Both the position numbers and the translations under genes were made by a program. Below are positions 49,801 to 63,639 of a stretch of DNA of 64,000 nt, piece after piece. Origin of the DNA: Eledone cirrhosa (taxonomy: Eukaryota); contig OZ024761.1 in NCBI GenBank assembly GCA_964016885.1, positions 2,666,001 to 2,730,000 of the forward strand, given 5' to 3'. How positions within the stretch are numbered: the first letter of the stretch is position 1; each line of letters starts with the position of its first letter. The notes below the pieces were generated by a model. The model saw nothing but the letters and a program-made list of their open reading frames with translations. It was not told the origin of the DNA and ran no database searches.

Positions 49801-50704
49801 ACTGAGGGCAATTGCTGCTTCCAAGGCCTACAACTGGCTGAGGGCAATTGCTGCTTCCAAGGCCTACAACTGGCTGAGGGCAATTGCTGCTTCCAAGGCC
49901 TACAACTGGCTGAGGGCAATTGCTGCTTGCAAGGCCTACAACTGGCTGAGGGCAATTGCTGCTTCCAAGGCCTACAACTGGCTGAGGGCAATTGCTGCTT
50001 CCAAGGCCTACAACTGGCTGAGGGCAATTGCTGCTTCCAAGGCCTACAACTGGCTGAGGGCAATTGCTGCTTCCAAGGCCTACAACTGGCTGAGGGCAAT
50101 TGCTGCTTCCAAGGCCTACAACTGGCTGAGGGCAATTGCTGCTTCCAAGGCCTACAACTGACTGAGGGCAATTGCTGCTTCCAAGGCCTACAACTGGCTG
50201 AGGGCAATTGCTGCTTCCAAGGCCTACAACTGACTGAGGGCAATTGCTGCTTCCAAGGCCTACAACTGGCTGAGGGCAATTGCTGCTTCCAAGGCCTACA
50301 ACTGGCTGAGGGCAATTGCTGCTTCCAAGGCCTACAACTGGCTGAGGGCAATTGCTGCTTCCAAGGCCTACAACTGGCTGAGGGCAATTGCTGCTTCCAA
50401 GGCCTACAACTGACTGAGGGCAATTGCTGCTTCCAAGGCCTACAACTGACTGAGGGCAATTGCTGCTTCAAGGCCTACAACTGGCTGAGGGCAATTGCTG
50501 CTTCCAAGGCCTACAACTGGCTGAGGGCAATTGCTGCTTGCAAGGCCTACAACCGACTGAGGGCAATTTCTGCTTGCAAGGCCTACAACTGGCTGAGGGC
50601 AATTGCTGCTTCCAAGGCCTACAACTGGCTGAGGGCAATTGCTGCTTCCAAGGCCTACAACTGGCTGAGGGCAATTGCTGCTTGCAAGGCTACAACTGGC
50701 TGAG
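46812..50704. repeat. 36-bp minisatellite, ~108 copies
   Basis: Unit gagggcaattgctgcttccaaggcctacaactg(g/a)ct. Confidence 0.97.
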
Positions 50705-50911
50705 AGGAAGTGAGCTGGCGGCACGACTTTTATATCAAACAATCACTTCTGCCATTCTTTGTCGTTTATGCCCAAATCAATCAATATTACTATACCAGTA
50801 GCTGTAGTTTCGTACAATAACAATTTAAATAATGTACGAAACTACAGCTACACTTTTTGATAAGTTGTTCTTATTTCTATCTCGATGTATAAATTTACTC
50901 ATCGTTATTAT

Positions 50912-51080
50912 GTGGAGTGGCAGTATCGGTAGAGGGTCGGACGCCATGCTTTGACGCATAGAGTTACGGCCCTTGCCATTCTGAGTTCAAATCCCGCCGA
51001 GGTTAACTTTGCTTTTCAACCTTACGGGGGTCGTAATACACTGGCTAATTGCTGGCCTTGTGCCAAAAGTAGAAACAGTT
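50912..51080 (+). mobile_element. tRNA-derived SINE
   Basis: tggcagtatcggtagagggtcggacgccatgc..gagttcaaatcccgccgaggttaactttgc; reverse complement of the 51205 units. Confidence 0.8.
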
Positions 51081-51204
51081 ATTATGTGAAATATTTTATC
51101 ATAGCGTGGTGTGGGGAGGGAGAGGATGTTGACGGTGGTTATGGTTGCATATATAGCAATGTTATTAAACACGTATGTATAACATATATAATATAATATA
51201 TATA

Positions 51205-51987
51205 ATTGTTTCTACTTTAGGCACAAGGCCAGCAATTACCCAGTGCATTACTGGTACTTTATTTTATCGACCCCGTAAGGATGAAAGGCAAAGTCAACCT
51301 CGGCGGGATTTGAACTCAGATCGTAAAGGGACGTAACTATGCTGGAAAGCATGGCGTCCGACCCTCCACCGATACTGCCAATCCACCGCCCTTATAATAT
51401 ATATAATTGTTTCTACTTTAGGCACAAGGCCAGCAATTATCCAGTGCATTACTGGTACTTTATTTTATCGACCCCGTAAGGATGAAAGGCAAAGTCAACC
51501 TCGGCGGGATTTGAACTCAGATGGTAAAGGGACGTAACTATGCTGGAAAGCATGGCGTCCGACCCTCCACCGATACTGCCAATCCACCGCCCTTATAATA
51601 TATATAATTGTTTCTACTTTAGGCACAAGGCCAGCAATTATCCAGTGCATTACTGGTACTTTATTTTATCGACCCCGTAAGGATGAAAGGCAAAGTCAAC
51701 CTCGGCGGATTTGAACTCAGATGGTAAAGGGACGTAACTATGCTGGAAAGCATGGCGTCCGACCCTCCACCGATACTGCTAATCCACCGCCCTTATAATA
51801 TATATAATTGTTTCTACTTTAGGCACAAGGCCAGCAATTATCCAGTGCATTACTGGTACTTTATTTTATCGACCCCGTAAGGATGAAAGGCAAAGTCAAC
51901 CTCGGCGGGATTGAACTCAGATCGTAAAGGGACGTAACTATGCTGGAAAGCATGGCGTCCGACCCTCTACCGATACTGCCAATCCAC
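51205..51987 (-). mobile_element. Four tandem near-identical SINE copies (~201-bp period)
   Basis: Units start at 51205, 51406, 51607 and 51807, separated by tataatatatata. Confidence 0.92.
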
Positions 51988-52309
51988 TAATATTTCATGT
52001 TCCTTAATTGCTGACACATAATTCTATTTGCTACAAAACTTTCCAAAATTCAATCGTCGTTTCATTTTATTCTGATTAATATATACGCTTTTTTGAAATA
52101 TTCTCAAGTTTTCCTTCTGTCGACTCCAGATCGGCAAAGGTAATAAGATGTTTTAGCAGTGATGTTTATTGTAAGGTTTCATTCTTACAACTTAGCAGTG
52201 TATGTTGGGGGGGGGGGGGGGGGATATGTGGCTTCCAATATGGCTTTACTAAACTGATAAGGTGAATATAGAAAATAAAAGAAAAACATTTAAAACTATT
52301 CAATAACAC

Positions 52310-52356
<47 letters not shown>

Positions 52357-52510
52357 AAACAACAAGCTCAGCTTAATATTGAATTACATATTATATATGT
52401 ATATTTATGTATATATGTATACATATATGTATATATACATGTATATACAAGGAAAATTCAACTGATAAGTATGTTCCTTGGCTATGTCTCTATTTATAAA
52501 ACACACTTTG

Positions 52511-52570
52511 TATTTTATCTGATGAAAGCGTACCAAATTTTTGGTACCCTGAAATATATATAATAGAATA
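52511..52570 (+). ncRNA. Hammerhead ribozyme in a solo pLTR (52448-52706) related to the 37714/40963 family
   Basis: UAUUUUAU-CUGAUGA-A-AGcGUACCAAA(u)UUUGGUACcCU-GAAA-UAUAUA-UA-AUAGAAUA. Confidence 0.85.
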
Positions 52571-52725
52571 AATATGGTTTTATAAATATAGTTTCCATTT
52601 ATTTAATATCATTGAATATTTACCCCCGAAAGCTGTTGAGTGCTCTGAATCAGTTATAAACATTAATATTTGTTGAATTACCAACAAATTAAATATCCTT
52701 CTGCTTATATATACATGTATATATG

Positions 52726-52792
<67 letters not shown>

Positions 52793-53112
52793 ATACAATA
52801 ACAGAGATAGTTTAAAGCTAAACTCTGACTGGTAACCATCTCACTCAACAAACATTAGGTTATATTTAAATATAAACCCAATTTAAGTGTTTGGGGTGCT
52901 AACAATTTGTATAATGTGGAAAAACCAGTTGTATTATTTTATGAGCTATAATTAAAGTTAAAGTATATGTATATACAAATGTAATTTCAGTGAGATCGCA
53001 TTTCGACGGTGACCAAAGCAAAACGAAATGCAATCTTCGAGATATGCCGGCAATCGCTGGACTAGGAAGAAGCCAGAGCAATTAATATGCGTTATAAAGG
53101 CTACACTAATTG

Positions 53113-53159
<47 letters not shown>

Positions 53160-53164
53160 GTATA

Positions 53165-53338
<174 letters not shown>

Positions 53339-53387
53339 ATACATATATATATGTATATATCTATATCTATATATATATATATATATA

Positions 53388-53447
53388 TTGTTACCCGGAG
53401 ATTTACCCATTTGCATTGTCGAGGCTTCCAAACGACTTAAAGATATT

Positions 53448-53510
<63 letters not shown>

Positions 53511-53571
53511 AAATATCTTTAAGTTGTTTGGAAGCCTCGACAATGCAAATGGGTAAATCTCCGGGTAACAA
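53388..53571. repeat. ~63-bp inverted repeat around a (TA)n(TG)n spacer
   Basis: ttgttacccggagatttacc...aaagatatttac and its near-exact reverse complement at 53509-53571. Confidence 0.92.
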
Positions 53572-54374
53572 GATCCGGTGGTGGAGAGAGAGATGTAAAT
53601 GGGTGTACGTTGAGATGCGTGGCGTGTATAAGGCGTGTAGAGGAATGAAGGAAAGAGTATAAAGGATAAAATAAAAATAACAACACGAGAGAGAGTTACC
53701 TTGGGAGAGATTTAATTGTCCCTATATATTTCGGATTCACATCCATCAACTGGGGGGTTTTTCCGGGGTGGGGGAAAGGTTGTCTATCGGAAAGGTCCGA
53801 AACGGTTGTCTATCGAAAGGTTTTCAGAGTTATTAATATTAATTCAAAATATTAACAAAATAGATATTCTTGTGATCAATTATATTTTATTATACATATT
53901 TCAGAGGTACTGAGTTAAGTTCAACAGTACGTCCTTATCAGGTAAAATAAGATGATGCATGACATACCTTGACATGGTAGATGGTTAAGATTCAGTCATG
54001 GTAGTGATTAACTCATGACAAAACTCAATATTTATACCTAATATTGAGAACATGAGATAATATAATACAAAAAATAGAGAGGGTGCGTGTAATAGAGTTT
54101 AAGAAATATATGGCATCAATATAACAGTTATAAAAATGTTTTTAATTTTTAAAAACTACTGGAGAAAGAGGAGGGTAAGGAAAGCATAGAGGAAGAAACA
54201 GATGAAAGATGATCAAAGAGAGAGAGAGACAAAGGGGAGTAATTTATGTTCAAGTTTATATACACAGATCTCCATATAAACAACACATGTCCAAAATAAT
54301 ATAGTTGGCGGTTAATTTTCAAAATATTTAATTTAATTTATTTCAGCGTAATGGATAATATTTTAGGTTTAAAA

Positions 54375-54437
54375 TTATCTGATGAGAACGCAAATATCAT
54401 CCCATGATGATATTTGTTTTTGAAATGCGCATAATAA
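54375..54437 (+). ncRNA. Hammerhead ribozyme
   Basis: UUAU-CUGAUGA-GAAcGCAAAUAUCAUC(ccau)GAUGAUAUUUGUuUUU-GAAA-UGCGCA-UA-AUAA. Confidence 0.85.
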
Positions 54438-54481
54438 AATACATGGAACTCTTTTAACCATCTTTTGATCTTATATTATAA

Positions 54482-54538
<57 letters not shown>

Positions 54539-54577
54539 TACATAGATATATATAGATATATATATATACATATATAC

Positions 54578-54632
<55 letters not shown>

Positions 54633-54939
54633 TACATAGATATATATAGATATATATATATACATATATACATATATATATATACATATATACATATATA
54701 CATATATCTACATATATACATATATACATATATATATATACATATATACATATATACATATATCTACATAACCACCCACACCCGGATATGTCTCCGCAAA
54801 CAGTGATTCTCTTCTCGAATGGGCCATGGTGCCCAAATCCTGAATTGAAAGACTTCGCCAGGTGGTGCTATTAAGTTAGACATGGCCTGGGCCAATACTG
54901 GCCAAAACATTTCAAAGTTATTCAAAGTTATATACATGT

Positions 54940-55044
<105 letters not shown>

Positions 55045-55190
55045 CATATATACATATATACATATATCTACATATATACATATATATATATATATACACA
55101 TATATATATACATATATACATAGATATATATATAATATTATAATGAAATGACAGGAGGCTGGATTTGTGTAAATCCTTGAAAGGCTTATT

Positions 55191-55248
55191 ATACTATGAT
55201 CATTTCAATGACCGGGTTCCGTATGAATCCGGTGATATCATCAGGTAT
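55191..55248 (-). ncRNA. Hammerhead ribozyme
   Basis: Minus strand: AUAC-CUGAUGA-U-AUcACCGGaUUC..GAAcCCGGUcAU-U-GAAA-UGAUCA-UA-GUAU. Confidence 0.82.
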
Positions 55249-55441
55249 TCGAAATATAATACGCGAATGTAATAGATAAAATCCATGGGGCTGAAAATCG
55301 AGGACCCGAGGGCGACAGCTATTCTGCTCCTTCAACCTATTAGCCACGTCACTCGAGGGCGACCGGCTGAGGTTGAAGGAAAACAAAGACGGTTTAACTG
55401 CTTTACGTTGAGTACTCTCTATATTATTACATTACGATTGA

Positions 55442-55497
<56 letters not shown>

Positions 55498-56058
55498 TAT
55501 GAAGAGAGAAGAAACATTTCGATATAATTAGTGATAAAATGTATCATACCTAAACTGCTCCTAAATTCCTCGACTACGTAGTTTGGTGGCATAAACAAAA
55601 ACAATATATCATAAAGATATAGAGTCCTTGCGAGGTCTGCCGACTTATCAAGAGGATACCTCATTTTACTAGTCTCAAGAACGCGTCTACACGACGTGAG
55701 AAAGAATCCCAAAAGGCGGAGGGGGAGATAGTCACGCGATATAACGGTCGAGAAACAGAGCTAAGCCTCTTATAACCCCGAAGAAAATACCACGGAGGCG
55801 GAGGGGGTATCTATATCGAGGCCGTAGAAGAGGTGGTGAAGAAGGCGAGAAGTATGAGTAATGGAAGCTTTCCAGCTGTCCCCACACTTCAAAGATTGCT
55901 CGACCAGAGGGAGTTATTAACAATATATTTAGAAACACACAGTGGGTGCACATATATATATATGTATATATATCTATGTATAAATATATATAGGAAAATT
56001 GAGTATTGAGTACTTTGGTGCGTTATGATCCATCTGGTTCCTTACCACAATTCCTTTG

Positions 56059-56121
<63 letters not shown>

Positions 56122-56123
<2 letters not shown>

Positions 56124-57719
56124 AGGAGGTTATAGGAGGAGGTTATATATACAGAGATCCCGGACATGACTGCAGTCCAGATCGAAAAACAGACCAACTC
56201 CATCTGGTTCGATATCTGTAGGAGAAGACAACTCCCAAATAAAGTTAAGCTCAACTACACCACTAGAAATAGCAGACTGCCCACTTTCTACCACCTCATC
56301 AAGACCCACAAGAATAGTACTAAGACGCAAATAAGACCCATCGTCTCTAGCATAGAAGGACCCCTATACAAAATTTCCTGGCACCTCTCCCAGGTACTCA
56401 AGCCTCTACTCTCCACCTTTCCCGGGCATGTCAGTAGCTCCGACGAAGTTATACGTAGACTACACCAACTCCAGCCAGAACAACTTAAACTAAATAGATA
56501 CGCCTTTAGCCTCGACGTTGTCTCCCTCTATACTACACTACAGTCTCCGCTCATCCAGCTGTCGATTTATTGACGGACTGCGTGGTCGCAGAGGACATCC
56601 ACTGCTACGGCCTCCACCCGACGGACATACACCAGCTTTTGTCCTTCACAGTAGACAACACGTACTTCACCTTCCACCACCGCACATACAGACAGACAAC
56701 AGGATTACCCATGGGATCCAGCCTATCGGGCCTGCTGACCATCACCTACATGAACCAGCTAGAATACCGAGCCCTCAAGACCTGCCATTCCCATACCTTC
56801 TTCACCCGATATGTAGATGACATACTCATCCTTACATCATCCCGTGAGGAGGCAGATAAAATATACACAACATTCTCCAGCATGGACGCCAGTATAAAGT
56901 TCAGCATGGAACACCTCGATGACCGCGGATCCCTATCCCTACTGGACTTACAACTCAGGGTAACAGAGGAAGGCAACATCCACACCTGCTTCTATAAAAA
57001 AGCCGTCAGCAGGGACCTGTTCGTACATTTCAGATCGGCTCCTCCCAGCCGGCGCTAAGTTCGGATACATAAGGAACGAACTAACACGTATCCGGAACAA
57101 ATGCACCGATGCTAGAGACCGAGACACACACACCACACATTTCCTTAAAGTACTCAAACTGAACGGATACACGACATCCACCACAAACCGTGCCAGAAAA
57201 AACAGAGGACACCACACCCAAGGCACTAACACTTGCTTCCTTAAGCTCCCACACTTCAGTGAAGAAACAACAACAGCCATCCACAGAGCTATCAGACGAG
57301 AGGGACTAGATATCCAACTGGCCCACTCAGGTCCTTCTCTACGCGGACAGCTAACCAAAAGACACTCCACCAGACATGACAGCCGCTGCAGGCTAGCCAA
57401 CTGCCCCATCAAGAACACAGACCTAATCCACCAGGCTTACGTCGTATACAGACTAGAGTGTGACAAATGCAACAACTTCTACGTAGGTAGCACCACCAGA
57501 CCACTCCACATAAGAATAAAAGAACACCCCAATACTAACGCTTCCTCATTTAAGAAACACCTAGTTAAATGCAAAAACACCGACAAAACCATAACAGTTA
57601 GGATAGAAACTAAGGAAAGAAACCTCGGCAATCTTAGAATTAAGGAAGCACTAATTATAGACAAAACACAACCACCAATCAATAATAGACTAGAATTCAA
57701 CACCCAATTTATAACATGA
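56122..57719 (+). pseudogene. Penelope/Poseidon-like RT + GIY-YIG, 5'-truncated and frameshifted
   Basis: PTFYHLIKTHK..IRPIVS, SLDVVSLYT, YRQTTGLPMGSSLS, RYVDD, LSLLDL; VVYRLECDKCNNFYVGSTTRPLHIRIKEH at 57441-57527. Confidence 0.92.
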
Positions 57720-58159
57720 TAGAGCTTCTAGCCCCATATTTACACACACCCACACACACACCCACACACACACACGCACACACGCACGCACACACACACA
57801 CACACACACGCTTACACCTCCACTTATTCTCTCTCACACATACACACACAAAACCAATTCTAACAGGAGATAACATCTATCCCCCACATTTACGTATAGA
57901 CATATCTTCTCACACTCACACACACACACTCACATACTTACACCTTCATGCATTCTCCCACACACTTAAACAGGCATGTACAAAAAAAAACAGAAGTATC
58001 CATAGTAAGTTGTGGGGTCTATTCTGCATGAAGAACTCGATGTAATCCATATGTTGAAAATGTTTTAGGTTAAGATAAATCTCGGAAAACAATAAAACAT
58101 TAAAAGGAAAACAGAGTCATGATATAAGTTAAAACAATGAAATAAAAAATCAAGTCATT

Positions 58160-58570
58160 ACAGCATTTTCCCCTTAAATGGAAACTGTCTGATTAATAAT
58201 GTAATATATAAATGCACTGTGTCTACTACAGACTCCAACAAAACATATATAGGATCTACATCAAACACATTTAAGAAAAGATTTCACGCACACTCTAGTA
58301 GTTTCAACAATACTAAACACCACATCTTTAGCTGAAGCGGTAAATACTTATAAAAAGAAAAAAATAGATTTCAAGTTATTGTGGAACACCATTCTCCAAA
58401 GAACTCCATATCTTGGGAACAGGAGGGAATGTAGATTATATTCAAGGGAGATCTTGGAAATTACTAAATCTAAGGACGATTTATTAAATAAAAGACAGGA
58501 ATTGATCATAGTTTGTAATCACCGTATACGAAAAACATTTAAATACTATAAACCTAATTACATACTATAA
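58160..58570 (+). pseudogene. GIY-YIG 3' fragment of a Naiad/Neptune-like Penelope element
   Basis: PLNGNCLINNVIYKCTV..TYIGSTSNTFKKRF..H..SF; CRLY..E..LLNKRQELIIVCNH. Confidence 0.85.
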
Positions 58571-58800
58571 AGCTAATTAAATATTCTAAATAGCAACTCA
58601 CTATAATTCCATATAGAGTAACATTTATTAGTACCTCATTCCCCTAATTATATGCATTCATGCTTATCTTTTGCCTTTTAATGTTTTAGCTTCCTTAGAT
58701 TTATGCGTTAATGACTAAAGGCAACAAGATACGCAATCACCCGTAATTGCATGAGTAAATATATATCTATGTATGATATGGAAATATATTTATGTGTGTG

Positions 58801-58859
<59 letters not shown>

Positions 58860-59123
58860 ATATGTATTTATGTATGTGTATATGTGTATATATATATGCT
58901 TGTATATGTATGTGTGTATATGTATGTATATATATATATATGTATATATATATATGTATATATATATGTGTGTGTTTGTGTGTGTATATATGTGAATATA
59001 GGTGTATGAGTGTTTATATATGAGTATGTGCACATGTATGAGGAGTGTACATATACTCACAAATATATATATATATATATATGTGTATGTGTGTGTGTAT
59101 GTATATATGTATATATGTATATG

Positions 59124-59160
<37 letters not shown>

Positions 59161-59178
59161 GTATGTGTATATATTATA

Positions 59179-59211
<33 letters not shown>

Positions 59212-59607
59212 GTGTATGTATGTATGAGTGTGTGTGTATATATATATATATGTATATGTGTGGGTATAGATGTGTATGTGTGAATATAGATATGTATGGA
59301 TATGTATGTATATGATTATTTGCATCTATTTGTGCGTATGTATATTTTTGGTTGGATATCAATTTAACTGTATCACTCTCTATATATAGTGTGGGTATAT
59401 ACACTTTGTAATCTATGAAATTTATGTGTTTTAACTATGCCAACATGTATTTATCTGAGTTTGATTATTTATGCATTAACATATTTGATAGTATTTTAGA
59501 GCGTATCATATGATATATTATACTAAATGCAATTTACCACACAGTACTATATTGTGTTGGTTAAGTTGTATATTATTGCATTACTGTATTTCATTATCTT
59601 ATTATAA

Positions 59608-59697
59608 CTTTGCCTTTCATCCTTACGGGGTCGATAAAATAAAGTACCAGTAATACACTGGGTTAATGCTGGCCTTGTGCCTAACGTAGAAACAATT
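59608..59697 (+). mobile_element. SINE 3' fragment
   Basis: actttgcctttcatccttacggggtcgataaaataaagtaccagtaat..ggccttgtgcctaa.gtagaaacaat matches the 51205 family. Confidence 0.8.
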
Positions 59698-60254
59698 ATC
59701 TTATTATAATTTTCATCTTTTAATATACTATCTTTCCTAGCCATAACCTTAATTTATATTCACCTTAAAGCTCAATACAACACTAATCACCATTTATTTT
59801 GACATTCCTTTAAACTTCACTATACCAGATACATTCAACTATCAGTTTGACAATCCCTTTCCTCCTAATAGATTTTTATGCCAAATCCACTATTAACACC
59901 CTTCAACCATTCCTTTCAAAAGGTCATGACCTCAACTAAAGTATATTACTTTTCATCTTAACACCATATGAAAAAACAATTTGATTCGTTAGTTCTTCAA
60001 CTACCAAATAAGGACATGATACTAACATACTACTAATTCTAAATAAAATCATTATTGAATAAAATTATTATTGCTTTTGAAAACAGCTGGTGATATGCAT
60101 GTAAATAAATATTCTCTTTAAATGATAGTTTGTAACTAACCTTACATAGATCAATTACTGAGTAAGCTACAATCTATTATCATCATCTAGAAACGATCGT
60201 AAAGCAGTGAAGTATATCTCTGACTTGATTTTTTATTTCATTGTTTTAACTTAT

Positions 60255-60767
<513 letters not shown>

Positions 60768-60817
60768 TTGAACATTAATATCGGTAAGGTTGTTTTTTTA
60801 TCGATATTTGTCGGGCA

Positions 60818-60939
60818 TCCACTGATGATTTATAAGTGCCCACCTTCATATATTCCTATGGACTATGTGTAAGCTTCTACATAACCTAGGCATTATTTTC
60901 CTAATTTGTAGAAAACTTATAATGAAACGATCGTTTGGA
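60818..60939 (+). ncRNA. Hammerhead ribozyme with expanded loop II
   Basis: UCCA-CUGAUGA-U-UUAUAAG(~80 nt)CUUAUAA-U-GAAA-CGAUCG-UU-UGGA. Confidence 0.75.
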
Positions 60940-61162
60940 AAAAGAGATGTATTTTAATTATGTCTCATATAAAATAATACAACTGGCGATCCGCAAAATA
61001 CGTATAGTTAGCACCCCAAACGTATAATTGGGATTATACTAAGGTATATCCTAATGTTTGTTGAGTGAGACGGAAGCCGGTCGGAGTATTGCTTAAAGCT
61101 TTCTCTGTTAATGTATTAAAAAGAAATAGGATTTCGCTTCAAGCAAAGCTTTATACATTATG

Positions 61163-61617
61163 TATAAATATTTCGTATCTCCAAAGAAATACAGTTTTAG
61201 GAAGCCGTAGCTATGCAAATACCGGGGGGCTAACGCCCTTTTGTGATGTCCAGCAGAAGCAAGGGGGACAACCGTCTATGCATTTCAGACTTAACTGGCC
61301 GTCGTCAGGACGGTCCCTCCCACCGCTTGCGACTGCTGGACTAGAAGACAGCTGAGAATATATACTTTTCCCGTCTGTGTAAATGAGCTGATTAATCTCA
61401 TTTGCATATGAAGCTGCATAAGTTGGCTCAACTTATAATAAAAGTTGAGTAAACTTATGCAGCTTCATATGCAAATGAGATTAATCACCTCATTTACACA
61501 GCCTGAAATGCATAGACGGTTGTCCCCCTTGCTTCTGCTGGACATCGGTGTTCTGCAGCACCCCTGTGTTTGCATAGCTACGGCTTCCTAAAACTGTATT
61601 TCTTTGGAGATACGAAA

Positions 61618-61625
<8 letters not shown>
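61163..61625. mobile_element. Fold-back (palindromic) MITE-like element
   Basis: Arms pair through three blocks down to the centre at ~61437; ~85-bp extra segment in the left arm; TA at both ends. Confidence 0.7.
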
Positions 61626-61660
<35 letters not shown>

Positions 61661-61699
61661 CTATGTATATATATATCTATGTATATATATCTATGAATA

Positions 61700-61760
<61 letters not shown>

Positions 61761-62024
61761 AAAAAATGAAACGAAATTTCATTTATCACTCTTAGTACGG
61801 CAGTTACTTAAATGTAAGTATGTATGCATACGTACATACATATATGTATACAGACATACAGTAGTATGTACATATATACATACATGTACACATATATATA
61901 TCTAAGTATCGGTTTATCGAACATTTATTATAATGTTCGGTTTGTTTGTAAACAAACAGCCCGAATTAAGCCGTACAGTGATTAGCAACCATCGTTGCCC
62001 TTTTGTTCAACACTGACAAATGAA

Positions 62025-62065
62025 CGATGTACTAGTTTCAAGCTTATTAGCTGTCGTTAGCAACG
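62025..62065 (-). ncRNA. Hammerhead with one core substitution
   Basis: Minus strand: CGuUG-CUAACGA-C-AGCU(aaua)AGCU-U-GAAA-CUAG-UA-CAuCG. Confidence 0.6.
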
Positions 62066-62206
62066 TATACCTTCCTGCCAGATGATTGAACGTCTGAAAG
62101 TATATACTTTCCTTATGCATATTAACGGCTGAGCAGCCCAATTTGCATATCGAGTGAGTTTAGTCGGCCGGGCGCACCGAAATCGATAAATGGAAAAAAT
62201 GAAATG

Positions 62207-63185
<979 letters not shown>

Positions 63186-63232
63186 AATTCGTAATTTGAA
63201 CTCGGGAATTTTATATTCTCCGAGTGAAAAGA

Positions 63233-63319
63233 ACCTTCTGACGAGAGTTTATCTTTTCAATGGAAGGCCGCAAGGACTGTCCATTTATTTTTGAAACCCG
63301 AAACCGATTCGGTAAAGGT
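63233..63319 (+). ncRNA. Hammerhead ribozyme
   Basis: ACCUU-CUGACGA-G-aGUUU...AAACc-C-GAAA-CCGA(u)UCGG-UA-AAGGU. Confidence 0.82.
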
Positions 63320-63404
63320 AACTATAGTAAGTACAGTGAATTTTTTGAAATTTATTTTGAAACTTTTTCTTATTTGCTAAACCTTAATTAATTATATATA
63401 TATA

Positions 63405-63639
63405 TATATAGAATCACAGGAATCAAAGTTATGTTCAAACCATTTATTAGCTTACAATTGTTTCATCCAAACCGAGGTTTGGAGTCTTCGGAGCATTTTT
63501 CAATGTTTGTATACATATGGTCACGTATGTATACAAACATTGAAAAATTCTCCGAAGACCTCAAACCTCGGTTTGGATGAAACAATTGTAAGCTTATAAA
63601 GGGTTTAAACATAACTTTGATTCCTGTGAATTCTATATA
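63405..63639. repeat. ~235-bp palindrome; each arm carries a CCGAAGA-variant hammerhead (63450-63494 minus, 63549-63593 plus)
   Basis: GCU-CCGAAGA-CUCCAAACC(uc)GGUUUGGAU-GAAA-CAAUUG-UA-AGC in the left arm and a near-identical motif in the right arm. Confidence 0.85.

Noticed and set aside
46812-50704. 36-bp unit as a hammerhead satellite (CUGACUGA...AAGGCCUA)
   Set aside because: No GAAA, core has an extra base, and stem I cannot pair
60155-60205. Further hammerhead-like remnants (also ~43700-43775, ~52975-53045, ~58028-58068, ~61086-61145)
   Set aside because: Core or stem mismatches too many to call, although their positions fit decayed pLTRs
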